Shown here: positions 11,601 through 20,232 of the stretch, piece by piece
How positions within the stretch are numbered: position 1 is the first letter of the stretch
Layout: each line of letters begins with the position of its first letter
Virus record (IMG/VR): IMGVR_UViG_3300013233_000093
Span: 1-64,000 of that record
DNA: 64,000 nt
Direction: 5' to 3' (one strand)
Translations under genes and position numbers: made by a program
The notes under the pieces: model-generated
What the model saw: only the letters and a program-made list of their open reading frames with translations
Told to the model about the DNA's origin: nothing
Database searches by the model: none

Positions 11601-12974
11601 GATCTATTTGCGGTATCTGCTAGGGAAGACGGGGTTGTGTCTGCGGTAGAGAAAGACGCGGTTATGGTTCGGTATAAATCCATAGCTCAATTTGTACCCG
11701 GCGATGTCTATAAGTCAGGCGATGTTGTGCTTGATTGTAACGTCATACGTGGTGAGAAGTACGGCAAACAAGCCACCTTTATGCAGACCGATAAAATAAC
11801 TAAGTTACCTAAAGTCTCCAGTAAAGAGTTGATTGGCGTTAAGCCACAACACGCCGCCATTGTCATTGCAACCGATGACGGATATACAGTGATCTCTAAC
11901 GCCGCTGTAGTGGCCTTGGCAAAGCAAGAGAAGCGTTCTGTGTTCCCGGTGTTTATCCTAGCACCCGCGACCATAAAACGCTTAAACGGCAAGCGTGCTA
12001 AATCTGCTAAAGACGTGTTCGATGCAGAGGCACTCGCCGGAGTTGAGATTGGTTATGAGTTAGGCGTTCGCCACGGCAAAGCGGCTGGTGCGATCATCCC
12101 GCATTCTAAAGTAACGAATCTTAAGAAGGGCGATAAGTTTGTCAAGGGCGATATACTCGCCTGGAACGAAAACTACTTTGCACGGGATTACCTTAACCCT
12201 GGAGGCGTAACGCTTAAGATGGGTGTGCTGGAAAGAACACTTCTTATCGAGACCAAAGAGACCTACGAGGATAGTTCCGCTATCTCCAGGGATCTTGGAC
12301 ATGCGTTACGCACACCCACTGCCAAGGAGAAAACAATCTTTGTTAACTTCGATCAGGTGATTCATAACTTGTTGCCTATAGGTAGTGACGTAGAGCCCTC
12401 CACTATTTTATGCGCCATTGAGGAGTCTGCCACGGCGGACGTACTGGACGATGAGGAAGGTTTGTCTGGGTTAACACGGCTTGCGGCTAGTGTGCCTAAG
12501 GCAGGGTTTAAGGGTAAGATCATGTCAATAGACATGACCTACATGGGCGACATAGCGGACATGTCGCCTTCACTTGCAGGTATTGTCAAAGCAGATGCTA
12601 AGGCACGACGTCGTAAACGTTCTGTACTGAAGGACAGTTCCATCGCACAGACTGCTGAGATTAAAGAGTCCGTGTTCTTTGGCGGGCAGCGCGTTACTGA
12701 GAATACACTGTCTATTGTAATTACAATGGATGTTGAGAACATCGCTGAGTCGGGAGACAAGATTGTCTTTGATGCGTCTCTTAAGTCTATCATATCTGAG
12801 ATGATCGAGGGCAGTGACCATACTGAGGACGGCCAGCCCATTCACGCACGCACAAGTTATCGCGGCGTCGCGGCACGTACCGTGTTATCGCCTGAGTTAT
12901 CAGGCCCAACCAACACCGCATTGTTAGAAATCACTAAGCTTGCGGCTGACGTATATTTTAAAGGGAGTAAGTAA
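8682..12974 (+). CDS. Virion RNA polymerase beta subunit (phiKZ gp178-like)
   Basis: DLPIRK, VALTSYAGK, RGYERFAG, GFISESGPDSAKVG, TYEDSSAIS, GDKIVF; probable start MLKIDQY overlaps upstream stop. Confidence 0.92.
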   Translation: MLKIDQYMVKWVARKREQMATKPLLAHGDLDLPVYTTIHHASDAANDYGIRKSHVLLQATLRYVRVYHEIHGMSEHGNPANLTYNVERTKSTFFKARGRTFKKVTDVARASKDKNGIFVADYSLLQNMFRYSVSKYADLYETRNVMDTIWRNANKFGAHRTQFITFKIPKVLPDFNRMRVLSEAKDGLIVSEVSKPITWNLIDLWRRLNEFDLPVSQEVAENTILVFHSEVKMAQVRLSDLFEWMADSEAQTLKSFYAMLVKVHATRAVTEVATEEEDDDDTVTVDKDLDYEGGSQIYSKALEMVEAGKMSAAQAVRFKKMGTSYKTIESFSGNGTLEEDLDTDVASMAMGSDIPIMNKKPFILDDSMHYSSIDVMDKVYRENYLHKHVSQMVVGLQTAGAVVKDIKKQVHVDAMNRIERYTVKIVPVVGKESTLHFQLPVVDEDGAFYVSGIKRRLDPQRVDLPIRKAGSDKVALTSYAGKAFVIRSPNANANVSRWITKLIANDAMSGPGKKITNLVMNNSQLSQAKTPRLYSAVGMGVGSFTANGVDFSFLYDEREAVYGKIGKIERDGLVVCGKRKSDGALVTMDEGGYLNIGATKLGMLPQFINSDWPTPPVEYAMLQTYGKKVPLALALASKMGLRKLLRLIKAKSRWLDPGVRLDLQPGEFRITFKDSSLIVDGSDPKVRLIMGGFTAVNRVTKLYRAKEFNKPGIYGTVLEDLKIGRHVLAEITLMYDMFVDPITRDILREMKEPEVFQDLLLRSAELLMDDQWVDEMDTRFMRSRGYERFAGFVYKRLMDAVREQRKNPQAANSVISMPHQAVMSDIISDESVVQVEESNPIHALKEREAITFSGQGGRSAQTMVQKSRVFHANDVGFISESGPDSAKVGIRSHRVPNAKYNSIFGTTDRFDYDKDGVSSAFSSAALISPGASHNDPKRIALGDIQWSSMVSATGAIIVPLRTGYEMVIADRVGDLFAVSAREDGVVSAVEKDAVMVRYKSIAQFVPGDVYKSGDVVLDCNVIRGEKYGKQATFMQTDKITKLPKVSSKELIGVKPQHAAIVIATDDGYTVISNAAVVALAKQEKRSVFPVFILAPATIKRLNGKRAKSAKDVFDAEALAGVEIGYELGVRHGKAAGAIIPHSKVTNLKKGDKFVKGDILAWNENYFARDYLNPGGVTLKMGVLERTLLIETKETYEDSSAISRDLGHALRTPTAKEKTIFVNFDQVIHNLLPIGSDVEPSTILCAIEESATADVLDDEEGLSGLTRLAASVPKAGFKGKIMSIDMTYMGDIADMSPSLAGIVKADAKARRRKRSVLKDSSIAQTAEIKESVFFGGQRVTENTLSIVITMDVENIAESGDKIVFDASLKSIISEMIEGSDHTEDGQPIHARTSYRGVAARTVLSPELSGPTNTALLEITKLAADVYFKGSK

Positions 12975-13165
12975 TGATCGGATCTGACGATTTAGAATCA
13001 CATCGTACTGTTTCAAACGCGATTATGCTTGGCGATGCCATCATTCGCACACTGGGCTTGGACGACGGGGCGATCGGTAACGACACCATGACTGCCGAGT
13101 TGCTGGCGGACGAGTTGCATTACAAAGTAGAACGCGTCACCAGAGGCAAGCATCATGTTGAGTAA
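12974..13165 (+). CDS. Small hypothetical protein
   Basis: TAATG coupling to vRNAP beta stop; overlaps next start. Confidence 0.6.
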   Translation: MIGSDDLESHRTVSNAIMLGDAIIRTLGLDDGAIGNDTMTAELLADELHYKVERVTRGKHHVE

Positions 13166-14606
13166 AACACAAGCAGACAACTCCGTTAACGCCGCAGAGC
13201 GCGTGACGTATTCTGGTCTACTGGCTGAACCCAAGAGCACCACGCCTCTTGAGTTTATTCGAAACCAGACTGTGGTCATCCACGACGATGTGGATAGCCG
13301 TGATGAATTAGCAGGCATTCTCATTGCGGATACAAACCGCCCTCTGGCGCTGATCGACAAAGTGTCAGCCGACGGCATTAGCGTCTACCCACACGCCAAC
13401 GCGTTACGTGAGATGGCCGGCATACACGCAAAACGTCTGGGTAATTCCTTTGCGTATGCTAAAAACACCATCGCCCCTGTTTGTAAAGCCGTTGTGAAAC
13501 GATGTGAAGAAGAGATCAACGGCGGCGTCTGGAAAGACATTAACGTTGTAACCAATGAAATCCCAAAGGTCTATCGCAGCCCTTTGTTATCCACGCTGGC
13601 ACGCAGCATTTTACGTCCAGAGACTAACTCTTCTGACACAAGTCAGTTTAAAGACATCGAAGGACTGAATGCAGTTGTCGGTGATTTGACACTGAGCATG
13701 GTGCGCGATGTAATGCATCTCGGAGTAGCTGAGTTCGATGAGCAGTTAGACGCGTTACTGGCCGTACCTGATGTTGCGGAGATTGCAAAACACCCAAGCA
13801 ATTTATTGAACGGGTATTTCAAGGACGGTGTAGATGGCTGGAATCTGTTTCATTCACACGGTGCACTGTTATCCTATTTGTTCGCTACTGGATTACTAAA
13901 CGGCAACGGCGGGTTCTTTGATAACCAAGCTGCCACTCTAGATGAAGTGGGTTTGCTAAAGACCATCGCACGCAGAGCGGGTTGGGCTATCCAACAACGA
14001 CTGGCGGTTATTGCATCAAGCGATGAGCACGGTAAGATTATCCTTAAGCGGGATAACTACAATGTCTTCGTTAATGCAAGCGCGTATAACGCATGGCTTA
14101 AAGAAGGCGGCAGTGTTGAAGGGTTGCTGGGGTATTGTTTACAGCACAGCAGTGACATGTCTACTAGCAGTGCAGACATGGCGTTGAAAACGGCACCGGA
14201 TCACTGGACACGGGTGTATAAACAACATCGCATGCGCGAAAGTGCAGTAGAACAAGTCAAGCTTAATCGCGTCATTGACAAAGTTGTCTATCGCGGCATT
14301 GTAGACGCATTGCAAGAAGAGCATGGCGCGGAAAGCGCTGTCTGTCATATCGCCATCGACAAGGCAGCCAAGCAGCTTAAGGAAACGCGTTACTACTCAG
14401 CAATGGACTTAAACAATTACGTCCTGCAGTGCGTGTGCAAGATCATGTCAAATGACAAGAACGATTCCTACGAGATCTTAATGGGCATTCGCCAGTATCT
14501 GGATGAGAATCCTGAAGGTACTATGACACAGGCTAAACGCGTGGCTGCTACTAAGCTGGTCTGTAAATGGTTGGTAAGTCAAATCGACATCAGAAAACAA
14601 GGGTAA
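13155..14606 (+). CDS. Conserved phiKZ-family protein (gp177-like)
   Basis: 483-aa ORF; synteny between vRNAP beta and gp176/gp175-like genes. Confidence 0.65.
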   Translation: MLSKTQADNSVNAAERVTYSGLLAEPKSTTPLEFIRNQTVVIHDDVDSRDELAGILIADTNRPLALIDKVSADGISVYPHANALREMAGIHAKRLGNSFAYAKNTIAPVCKAVVKRCEEEINGGVWKDINVVTNEIPKVYRSPLLSTLARSILRPETNSSDTSQFKDIEGLNAVVGDLTLSMVRDVMHLGVAEFDEQLDALLAVPDVAEIAKHPSNLLNGYFKDGVDGWNLFHSHGALLSYLFATGLLNGNGGFFDNQAATLDEVGLLKTIARRAGWAIQQRLAVIASSDEHGKIILKRDNYNVFVNASAYNAWLKEGGSVEGLLGYCLQHSSDMSTSSADMALKTAPDHWTRVYKQHRMRESAVEQVKLNRVIDKVVYRGIVDALQEEHGAESAVCHIAIDKAAKQLKETRYYSAMDLNNYVLQCVCKIMSNDKNDSYEILMGIRQYLDENPEGTMTQAKRVAATKLVCKWLVSQIDIRKQG

Positions 14607-14612
14607 CTTATT

Positions 14613-15329
14613 ATGGACGTAGACGGTCTGGTACGTGATCCTGCCTATATACACAGCGCGTTAGTGGAAAACGGTGACTTGTTGCTGGCTAAGAAAGATT
14701 TGGTCATTCATATCCCAAAACACTGGACTGAAGGTGCGTTGGGCAGTATGGAAAGTAAGGTAAACGCCCTGGCCAACTACGGCATAATTGTGGACGGTAA
14801 GTACGCATGTAGTATCGCGTGTTGTATAATGACCTTTACCCCTGAAACCGTGAACACCATTACTGTGGACGAGTTACCTTATCTTGAGATGGTGTTTAGT
14901 GCAGGCACTCCTATACTAACGATTCCTGTTATTAAGACGGCGCCATTGCTATACGAGATCAACAACGAGTTTGATAACAAGGGTAAGAAACCTTGGTATA
15001 TGAACGAGTCCGATCTTGCACGGTTGTTTGATACAGCCGAGTATCATGCGGGCGCTGGTATTGGCGCAGATAGGGCGATCACTGAAATGATGGTGGCGTC
15101 TCGTATGCGTATGCCTGAAGATCGTGCTAAGTACTACAAGGAGGCGTATACTACTGAGAAGCAGTATGCAGAGAACCTGCCCGAGATCATTGCAGGGCGA
15201 TCTGTTGGGTACGGTGCGACTAACACAAGTGCGCGGCTATTGGGTTCTTATATGTCAGAAGGCATGACGTCTGCGTTGGTTAACCCGACTGAGAAGCTGG
15301 AGAAAGTAGAGGCCTTACTAATTAAATAG
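14613..15329 (+). CDS. Conserved phiKZ-family protein (gp176-like, possibly vRNAP-associated)
   Basis: RDPAYIH, GKKPWYM, YGATNT, SALVNPTEKLEKVEALL; immediately upstream of prohead protease. Confidence 0.7.
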   Translation: MDVDGLVRDPAYIHSALVENGDLLLAKKDLVIHIPKHWTEGALGSMESKVNALANYGIIVDGKYACSIACCIMTFTPETVNTITVDELPYLEMVFSAGTPILTIPVIKTAPLLYEINNEFDNKGKKPWYMNESDLARLFDTAEYHAGAGIGADRAITEMMVASRMRMPEDRAKYYKEAYTTEKQYAENLPEIIAGRSVGYGATNTSARLLGSYMSEGMTSALVNPTEKLEKVEALLIK

Positions 15330-15340
15330 GAGATGGTGGC

Positions 15341-16123
15341 GTGAATAACGTTGAGCCAGTGGTGTATAAATGCCTTGCTATCCACGACGATGCAAAGCAG
15401 GGTAAGCTTAAGAAAGACAGTAACGGTTATCGATCCATTGTGTTAGGTGCCTTTGACATCGGATCACGTGACGGTGAAGTGTATCGACTTAACAAAGTCG
15501 TGCGTGACGCATTTGAATCCAGTCACTCCATGCAACGGGCTATCAATAACGGTCAGCTGTATGGGGAGCAGGGACATCCTACTATGGAGCCTGGCATGAC
15601 CATGGAGGGTTTCCTAAGTCGTGTGGTGACCATCCGTGAATCCGAGCATGCGTTGAAGATAGCAGAAGCCAAGTTGGTGCCTGCTAAAGATGAAAACGGT
15701 AAGCCGTTTATCTTGACGATGGGTCGTGTCCGTGGTGCAGGTAAATACATGGAAGGCGTAGAAGCCGACTTTGATGACCCCGAAACCAACAGTGCGGTGA
15801 GTATCCGGACTTTGACTAAAATGCCACGGTATCGCGACGGTTACATGATGCGCGATGTGACTGAGTTGGTCACGTGGGATAAGGTCGGTGAACAAGCTGC
15901 AGTGCATGCTGATAAGTATCATAGTGTGGGCATGCAGTCTCTTGGTACTGATGTGGTGTTTGACCCTAATCAAATGTCCCGTGATAACTTTGAAGTGTTA
16001 AAGGTGGACGACGTTGTGGGCATGCAGTCTGGACATAGCGATGTTAGTCGTGTGCTTACTGAGTTAGGATGGGTGCACCTAGTCCGTCCAAAGGTTTTAT
16101 CTACGCAGCAGTTTGAGCTATAG
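15341..16123 (+). CDS. Prohead (head maturation) protease, phiKZ gp175-like
   Basis: LYGEQGHP (His), AVSIRT (Ser), VTWD (Asp) motifs; GTG start with AGGAG RBS. Confidence 0.88.
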   Translation: MNNVEPVVYKCLAIHDDAKQGKLKKDSNGYRSIVLGAFDIGSRDGEVYRLNKVVRDAFESSHSMQRAINNGQLYGEQGHPTMEPGMTMEGFLSRVVTIRESEHALKIAEAKLVPAKDENGKPFILTMGRVRGAGKYMEGVEADFDDPETNSAVSIRTLTKMPRYRDGYMMRDVTELVTWDKVGEQAAVHADKYHSVGMQSLGTDVVFDPNQMSRDNFEVLKVDDVVGMQSGHSDVSRVLTELGWVHLVRPKVLSTQQFEL

Positions 16124-16130
16124 TGCATAA

Positions 16131-16166
16131 GACATACAAGTCCGATTGGACTTGTATGTCACTTTG
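16131..16166 (+). terminator. Hairpin after protease operon
   Basis: GACATACAAGTCC-GATT-GGACTTGTATGTC, 13-bp perfect stem. Confidence 0.7.
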
Positions 16167-16189
16167 CTGTGTTCGCCGTTTATTACTGT

Positions 16190-16272
16190 CTATATTACTT
16201 TAGTGATACTTAGGTAATAATACTTAGGTACGTTTGTTATAAACTATTAGATCTCTAATATGAGATCAAAGG
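16190..16272 (+). promoter_or_regulatory. Early promoter variant (TATATTAC) with two-hairpin leader
   Basis: CTATATTAC matches phiKZ early motif; leader shared with copy at 34634. Confidence 0.7.
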
Positions 16273-16281
16273 ATAAAGATT

Positions 16282-16512
16282 ATGCTTAAAATGATTTCAC
16301 TGTTTATTCACATCCTGCTTCGTTCGAGTGCACTGGTGGTTGCCAGGGCGGAAAAGAACTCTCTATGGTATCTCTACGTACCCGTCTTATGGACATTGAA
16401 TTTGTCCTGTATGCCCCTGACAGTCATGCTGTTCATGGTAGCGGATTACACATTCAAGCGCCACGGAGAAGACTTCTCCTCCTTCACAAAGGAGCATTAT
16501 CCTAACCTCTAA
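16282..16512 (+). CDS. Small hydrophobic, probably membrane, protein
   Basis: AAAGGA RBS; hydrophobic segments. Confidence 0.6.
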   Translation: MLKMISLFIHILLRSSALVVARAEKNSLWYLYVPVLWTLNLSCMPLTVMLFMVADYTFKRHGEDFSSFTKEHYPNL

Positions 16513-16519
16513 ACATATT

Positions 16520-16574
16520 CTCTATCACACAAGCATAAGCTTGTGTGATAGAGCTTACTTATTTTTTATTTTTT
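16520..16574 (+). terminator. Rho-independent terminator
   Basis: 15-bp stem CTCTATCACACAAGC/GCTTGTGTGATAGAG followed by T-tract. Confidence 0.8.
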
Positions 16575-16617
16575 ACCCAAGCTACGATTACATAGACCAA
16601 CTAACGGAAGCACGATT

Positions 16618-19110
16618 ATGATCATCGAGCGTATACAACTGAAGTACTTTGTGAAGATGACCTTAGGTGATATAACGGAACTAGACTATGCGATGGTAGA
16701 ACCACTCCAACTCATTATCGGAGCAAACGGTTGCGGCAAGACATCCTTACTGGGTGTGACAAACCCCATGCCCGGTGTGCCTGCGGATTACAGGGACGGT
16801 GGTTATAAGAAGGTATGGTTGTCACATAACGGCAATCGCTTCTATCTTGAATCCACCAAGCTTGGTAAGTCCATGAAGCATAAGTTTTGCATCTTTCCAG
16901 AAGACCATAACTTTCTGGATGACGAACCAGAAAACCTGAATCGGGGTGGTACTGTAGGTGTGCAAAAAGAGCTTGTGGAGAAGCACATCGGCTATACTCC
17001 TGAGTTGCATAAGTTACTCAGTGGCAAGTTTAGCTTTACAGGGGTCACAGCTGCCGCTAGAGAGGACATCTTTACAAAACTGTCAGGTACATCGACTACG
17101 TACGCCATCGCCCTGTACAAGAAGATCAAGGGACTGCACAGAGATTGCACTGGCGCGATCAAACATCTGGATAATAAACACGAGGAACTCATTGCTACAT
17201 TAGAAGCATCCGGTAATCCGAAAGATCTCACTGTAAGAATCAATGCAGGTAAAGAGATACTTAAAGAACTTACCCCGCTTACGCTTAATAGAGATGCCGG
17301 TGTCATGGCTAAGCGACTGGCACTTAATAACGCCATGTCCATGCTCACCGGACATATAGACTCTTGCATGAAGCGTTACAGTACGCGCATGCCCGTACAC
17401 GGTTTAACCTCTGAAAGCGATGCACAAACCAAGTTACGTACTGAACAAGATAAGCTTGCAGCCATGTTGGCGCTTATCGATAAAAACGTAACGGAGTTGG
17501 ACGGGCTGACTAAGATACAAAAACGATCGGAAGGCAGCGACGTTTCTACCGACGAGTTAAAGAAACAAATAACCAAGCTTAAGTCAGTAGCTACCACGCC
17601 TGTTACAGAAGGTGTGGATTATTCCTCAAGCGAACAAGAAGTGCTTGAAGAGTTAAACGCGGTTAAGTATACGCTGTTTCAAGAGTCCAGTGTATATGAA
17701 TCTGTAAAGGCGGGTGTGTGTACTAAGGACGAGTATGGCAGTATGAAGTCTGCGTTGGCTGTAATAGACAAAGACCTGAATCAGTGCGGCGCTAACATAT
17801 CCAGACTGGAGAACGAAATAGCCAGTGCGGAACGTGGGCTATCACAAGCGCTGGATTGCAACAAGTGTGGTAACAAGGTCACTGCAGATCCAAAGCTCAC
17901 ACAGACGTATATAGATACCTTACGTGCCACACTGGTCACACATCAAGACAAACGCACTAACATAGAAACACATCGTAAAGAACAGATGTCCAAAGGCGAG
18001 CAGATGCACTCTTATGTGGAATATTACAACCGCATACTGAAGATGCTAAAAGACGCATTTAGACTGCATCCGTTTTGGGGTTCTATTGACGGTGGTGTGC
18101 AATGGTGCGTGACGCATCCAAGTGAACTTAACGCGTTGATGACCAAAGAAGTACTGCGGTTAGAGACGCTTATTAAGACTAAAGATGCTAGTACACGTTT
18201 AAAGGACTGTGAGGACATGCTGGCGATGAGAAGTCTCGCGGTAGATGTCGATGTAGCTGGTAAAATGCGGACGCTTAGAGACGATCTGGACACTCTGTAT
18301 AAAGATCGTGATCTCACCGCTAAAAAGATCAGTACGTTAGAACATCTTATCAAAGATTACCGAAACATGGTTACTGCTATGGATGGGTTGATTGAGATGC
18401 ATGACAATGTGATTGATAAGCTTGGAGATCACAGCGAAGCTCACATTTACGAGAGCATCGGAGAGATCGTTACCAAGGAACAACATTCACTGGGCGTCCT
18501 CATGGATCAGTTACATAAACACGATATCCTTAAAGGTACAATTGCTTCTTTAAAGGCGGATCGGGAAGAGCTGGAAAAGAAACGCCGTGGCTTCGGCAAC
18601 CTTATAAAGTCATTGTCGCCTAAGACAGGCATTATTGGCGAAACCATGTCTGCGTTTGTGAACGAGTTTCTTGATAAGATGAACGACATTATCGGAGAGT
18701 TATGGGAATATGAAATGCGCATACAGCCTTGCGCTATGGAAGAAAGCGGTATGGACTACAAGTTCCCTTTACAAGTGAAAGAGGAAACCACGCCTAACTT
18801 TGCAGACGCATCTAAAGGTCAACGAGAAGTTATCGACTTTGCATTTGTGCAAGTACTGATGGCGTACAGCGGACTGGGCGAGTACCCGTTGTATCTAGAT
18901 GAGGTGGGCGGCGGCTTTGATCATGCCCATAAGAGCCGGTTTGTTTCCTTTATAAACCTGCTGATCGAATCGGGTAATTGTTCGCAGATGTTTATGGTGA
19001 ATCATTACAGTGCGGAACACGGTGGGTTAAACCACATGGAGGCAGTAGTGCTTAATACAAATAACGTATTACTGCCAGACGAATACAACAATCACGTTTC
19101 AATGAAGTAA
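16618..19110 (+). CDS. SbcC/Rad50-like SMC ATPase (phiKZ gp165-like)
   Basis: Walker A GANGCGKTS, coiled coils, Zn-hook CNKC, signature ASKGQ, Walker B LYLDE, H-loop MVNH. Confidence 0.9.
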   Translation: MIIERIQLKYFVKMTLGDITELDYAMVEPLQLIIGANGCGKTSLLGVTNPMPGVPADYRDGGYKKVWLSHNGNRFYLESTKLGKSMKHKFCIFPEDHNFLDDEPENLNRGGTVGVQKELVEKHIGYTPELHKLLSGKFSFTGVTAAAREDIFTKLSGTSTTYAIALYKKIKGLHRDCTGAIKHLDNKHEELIATLEASGNPKDLTVRINAGKEILKELTPLTLNRDAGVMAKRLALNNAMSMLTGHIDSCMKRYSTRMPVHGLTSESDAQTKLRTEQDKLAAMLALIDKNVTELDGLTKIQKRSEGSDVSTDELKKQITKLKSVATTPVTEGVDYSSSEQEVLEELNAVKYTLFQESSVYESVKAGVCTKDEYGSMKSALAVIDKDLNQCGANISRLENEIASAERGLSQALDCNKCGNKVTADPKLTQTYIDTLRATLVTHQDKRTNIETHRKEQMSKGEQMHSYVEYYNRILKMLKDAFRLHPFWGSIDGGVQWCVTHPSELNALMTKEVLRLETLIKTKDASTRLKDCEDMLAMRSLAVDVDVAGKMRTLRDDLDTLYKDRDLTAKKISTLEHLIKDYRNMVTAMDGLIEMHDNVIDKLGDHSEAHIYESIGEIVTKEQHSLGVLMDQLHKHDILKGTIASLKADREELEKKRRGFGNLIKSLSPKTGIIGETMSAFVNEFLDKMNDIIGELWEYEMRIQPCAMEESGMDYKFPLQVKEETTPNFADASKGQREVIDFAFVQVLMAYSGLGEYPLYLDEVGGGFDHAHKSRFVSFINLLIESGNCSQMFMVNHYSAEHGGLNHMEAVVLNTNNVLLPDEYNNHVSMK

Positions 19111-19123
19111 GAGGAACAGTTAG

Positions 19124-19618
19124 ATGAACATAGATGATTTGTTTTACGCGATGGACTTTACTACGGCTACTGGGATAGTGGGACTGGCTATGCTGGCTGG
19201 TTGGTTTGTGGCTTGGCTGAAGTATGATAAGTCCGCGCATAAGTTCAGTAGACCAAAGACACTCGTCGCTGCCTTTGGGCATTTGATGTTGATATACGCT
19301 GCGTTGTTTTACGTGCCTGGGATGCTGTATCCCATTCCGTTAATCGCGTATGCGTTAAGTGTCTTTATAATGCCGTATCACATTGTGACGACAGACAACG
19401 CCACTGTACGCGATACCACTCGAATGCGTGCGCTCTACATTAAAGCCTCGTTAGGACTGTTGTGTGTCGTTACGTTTGGGTTGTTGTTTGTGCCCTATGT
19501 CGGGATGCAATGGCTGAGTCCTGCATTGCTTGTGATTACCACTGCGTGGGACATTACTAAAGAACGCAACGGCATGGGGTTTACATCCGTTTATCACCGT
19601 GTTATCCGAAAACGATAA
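19124..19618 (+). CDS. Multi-pass membrane protein
   Basis: 4-5 hydrophobic helices; GAGG RBS. Confidence 0.7.
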   Translation: MNIDDLFYAMDFTTATGIVGLAMLAGWFVAWLKYDKSAHKFSRPKTLVAAFGHLMLIYAALFYVPGMLYPIPLIAYALSVFIMPYHIVTTDNATVRDTTRMRALYIKASLGLLCVVTFGLLFVPYVGMQWLSPALLVITTAWDITKERNGMGFTSVYHRVIRKR

Positions 19619-19633
19619 CTGTGTCCACGAGAT

Positions 19634-19675
19634 ATTCAAAACTATATCACTATTATGATAACGTACTTTGTTATC
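19634..19675 (+). promoter_or_regulatory. Early promoter + stem-loop cassette
   Basis: ATTCAAAACTATATCACTATTATG followed by GATAAC-gtacttt-GTTATC. Confidence 0.85.
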
Positions 19676-19706
19676 TAACTTTAAACCAACCAAAGAGATT
19701 ATTAAC

Positions 19707-20066
19707 ATGAGTAACGAAATCGCTAAAGCTATTGTGGATGGAATGTCAATGGCAAATGATGCAATCACGACTGGGAACGAGTTATTCTTCAGCACCACCG
19801 AGGTGACGCCTGAGATGGTTGAGAAGGTAGACAGCGCGCGTAATGATTTCATCGCGGCTGCGTACACCGCTACGGCGGAGCAGCATTCAGGCCAAGCTAC
19901 ATTTGGAGGCGAGTTTGCCCTGGGCGGTGATGTGATACTGACCGTTGACATCAACGACGTCGATAGTTTGGACGATCGTGTTGTTGGTCATGTGGAGTAT
20001 CCGATGACGGATGCGTTGACCGAAGCCCGTAAGTGGGCGCTCGATAACCTCGAGTTTGATACCTAG
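19707..20066 (+). CDS. Acidic early hypothetical protein
   Basis: Start MSNEIAK downstream of promoter cassette. Confidence 0.75.
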   Translation: MSNEIAKAIVDGMSMANDAITTGNELFFSTTEVTPEMVEKVDSARNDFIAAAYTATAEQHSGQATFGGEFALGGDVILTVDINDVDSLDDRVVGHVEYPMTDALTEARKWALDNLEFDT

Positions 20067-20127
20067 AGTAATCCCACGGTACCGGTAATACTACCGGTGC
20101 CACTTCATACTAAAGAGAGTAAAGAAA

Positions 20128-20232
20128 ATGGATACAGAACAAGATGCGTATTGGGACGAGGTAGAAGACCTTATTGATGATTACAACGAACGCGACGAGC
20201 GTTCTTATGAAGGAGAATGTGAAGATGAGTAA
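20128..20232 (+). CDS. 34-aa highly acidic peptide (not in ORF track)
   Basis: MDTEQDAYWDEVEDLIDDYNERDERSYEGECEDE; stop overlaps next ATG. Confidence 0.6.
   Translation: MDTEQDAYWDEVEDLIDDYNERDERSYEGECEDE

Noticed and set aside
7049-12974. Introns or inteins in RNAP genes
   Set aside because: Frames are continuous; the beta insertion lacks intein termini
15926-16030. Codon reassignment of CAG to Glu as explanation of the GMQ sites
   Set aside because: CAG encodes the conserved Gln in ThyA YGKQWR, one site uses CAA, and conserved Glu positions translate normally
19499-19513. VGMQW in the membrane protein as a protease site
   Set aside because: Lies between TM helices near the C-terminus of a non-head protein; probably chance, and a caution for the G-x-Q hypothesis
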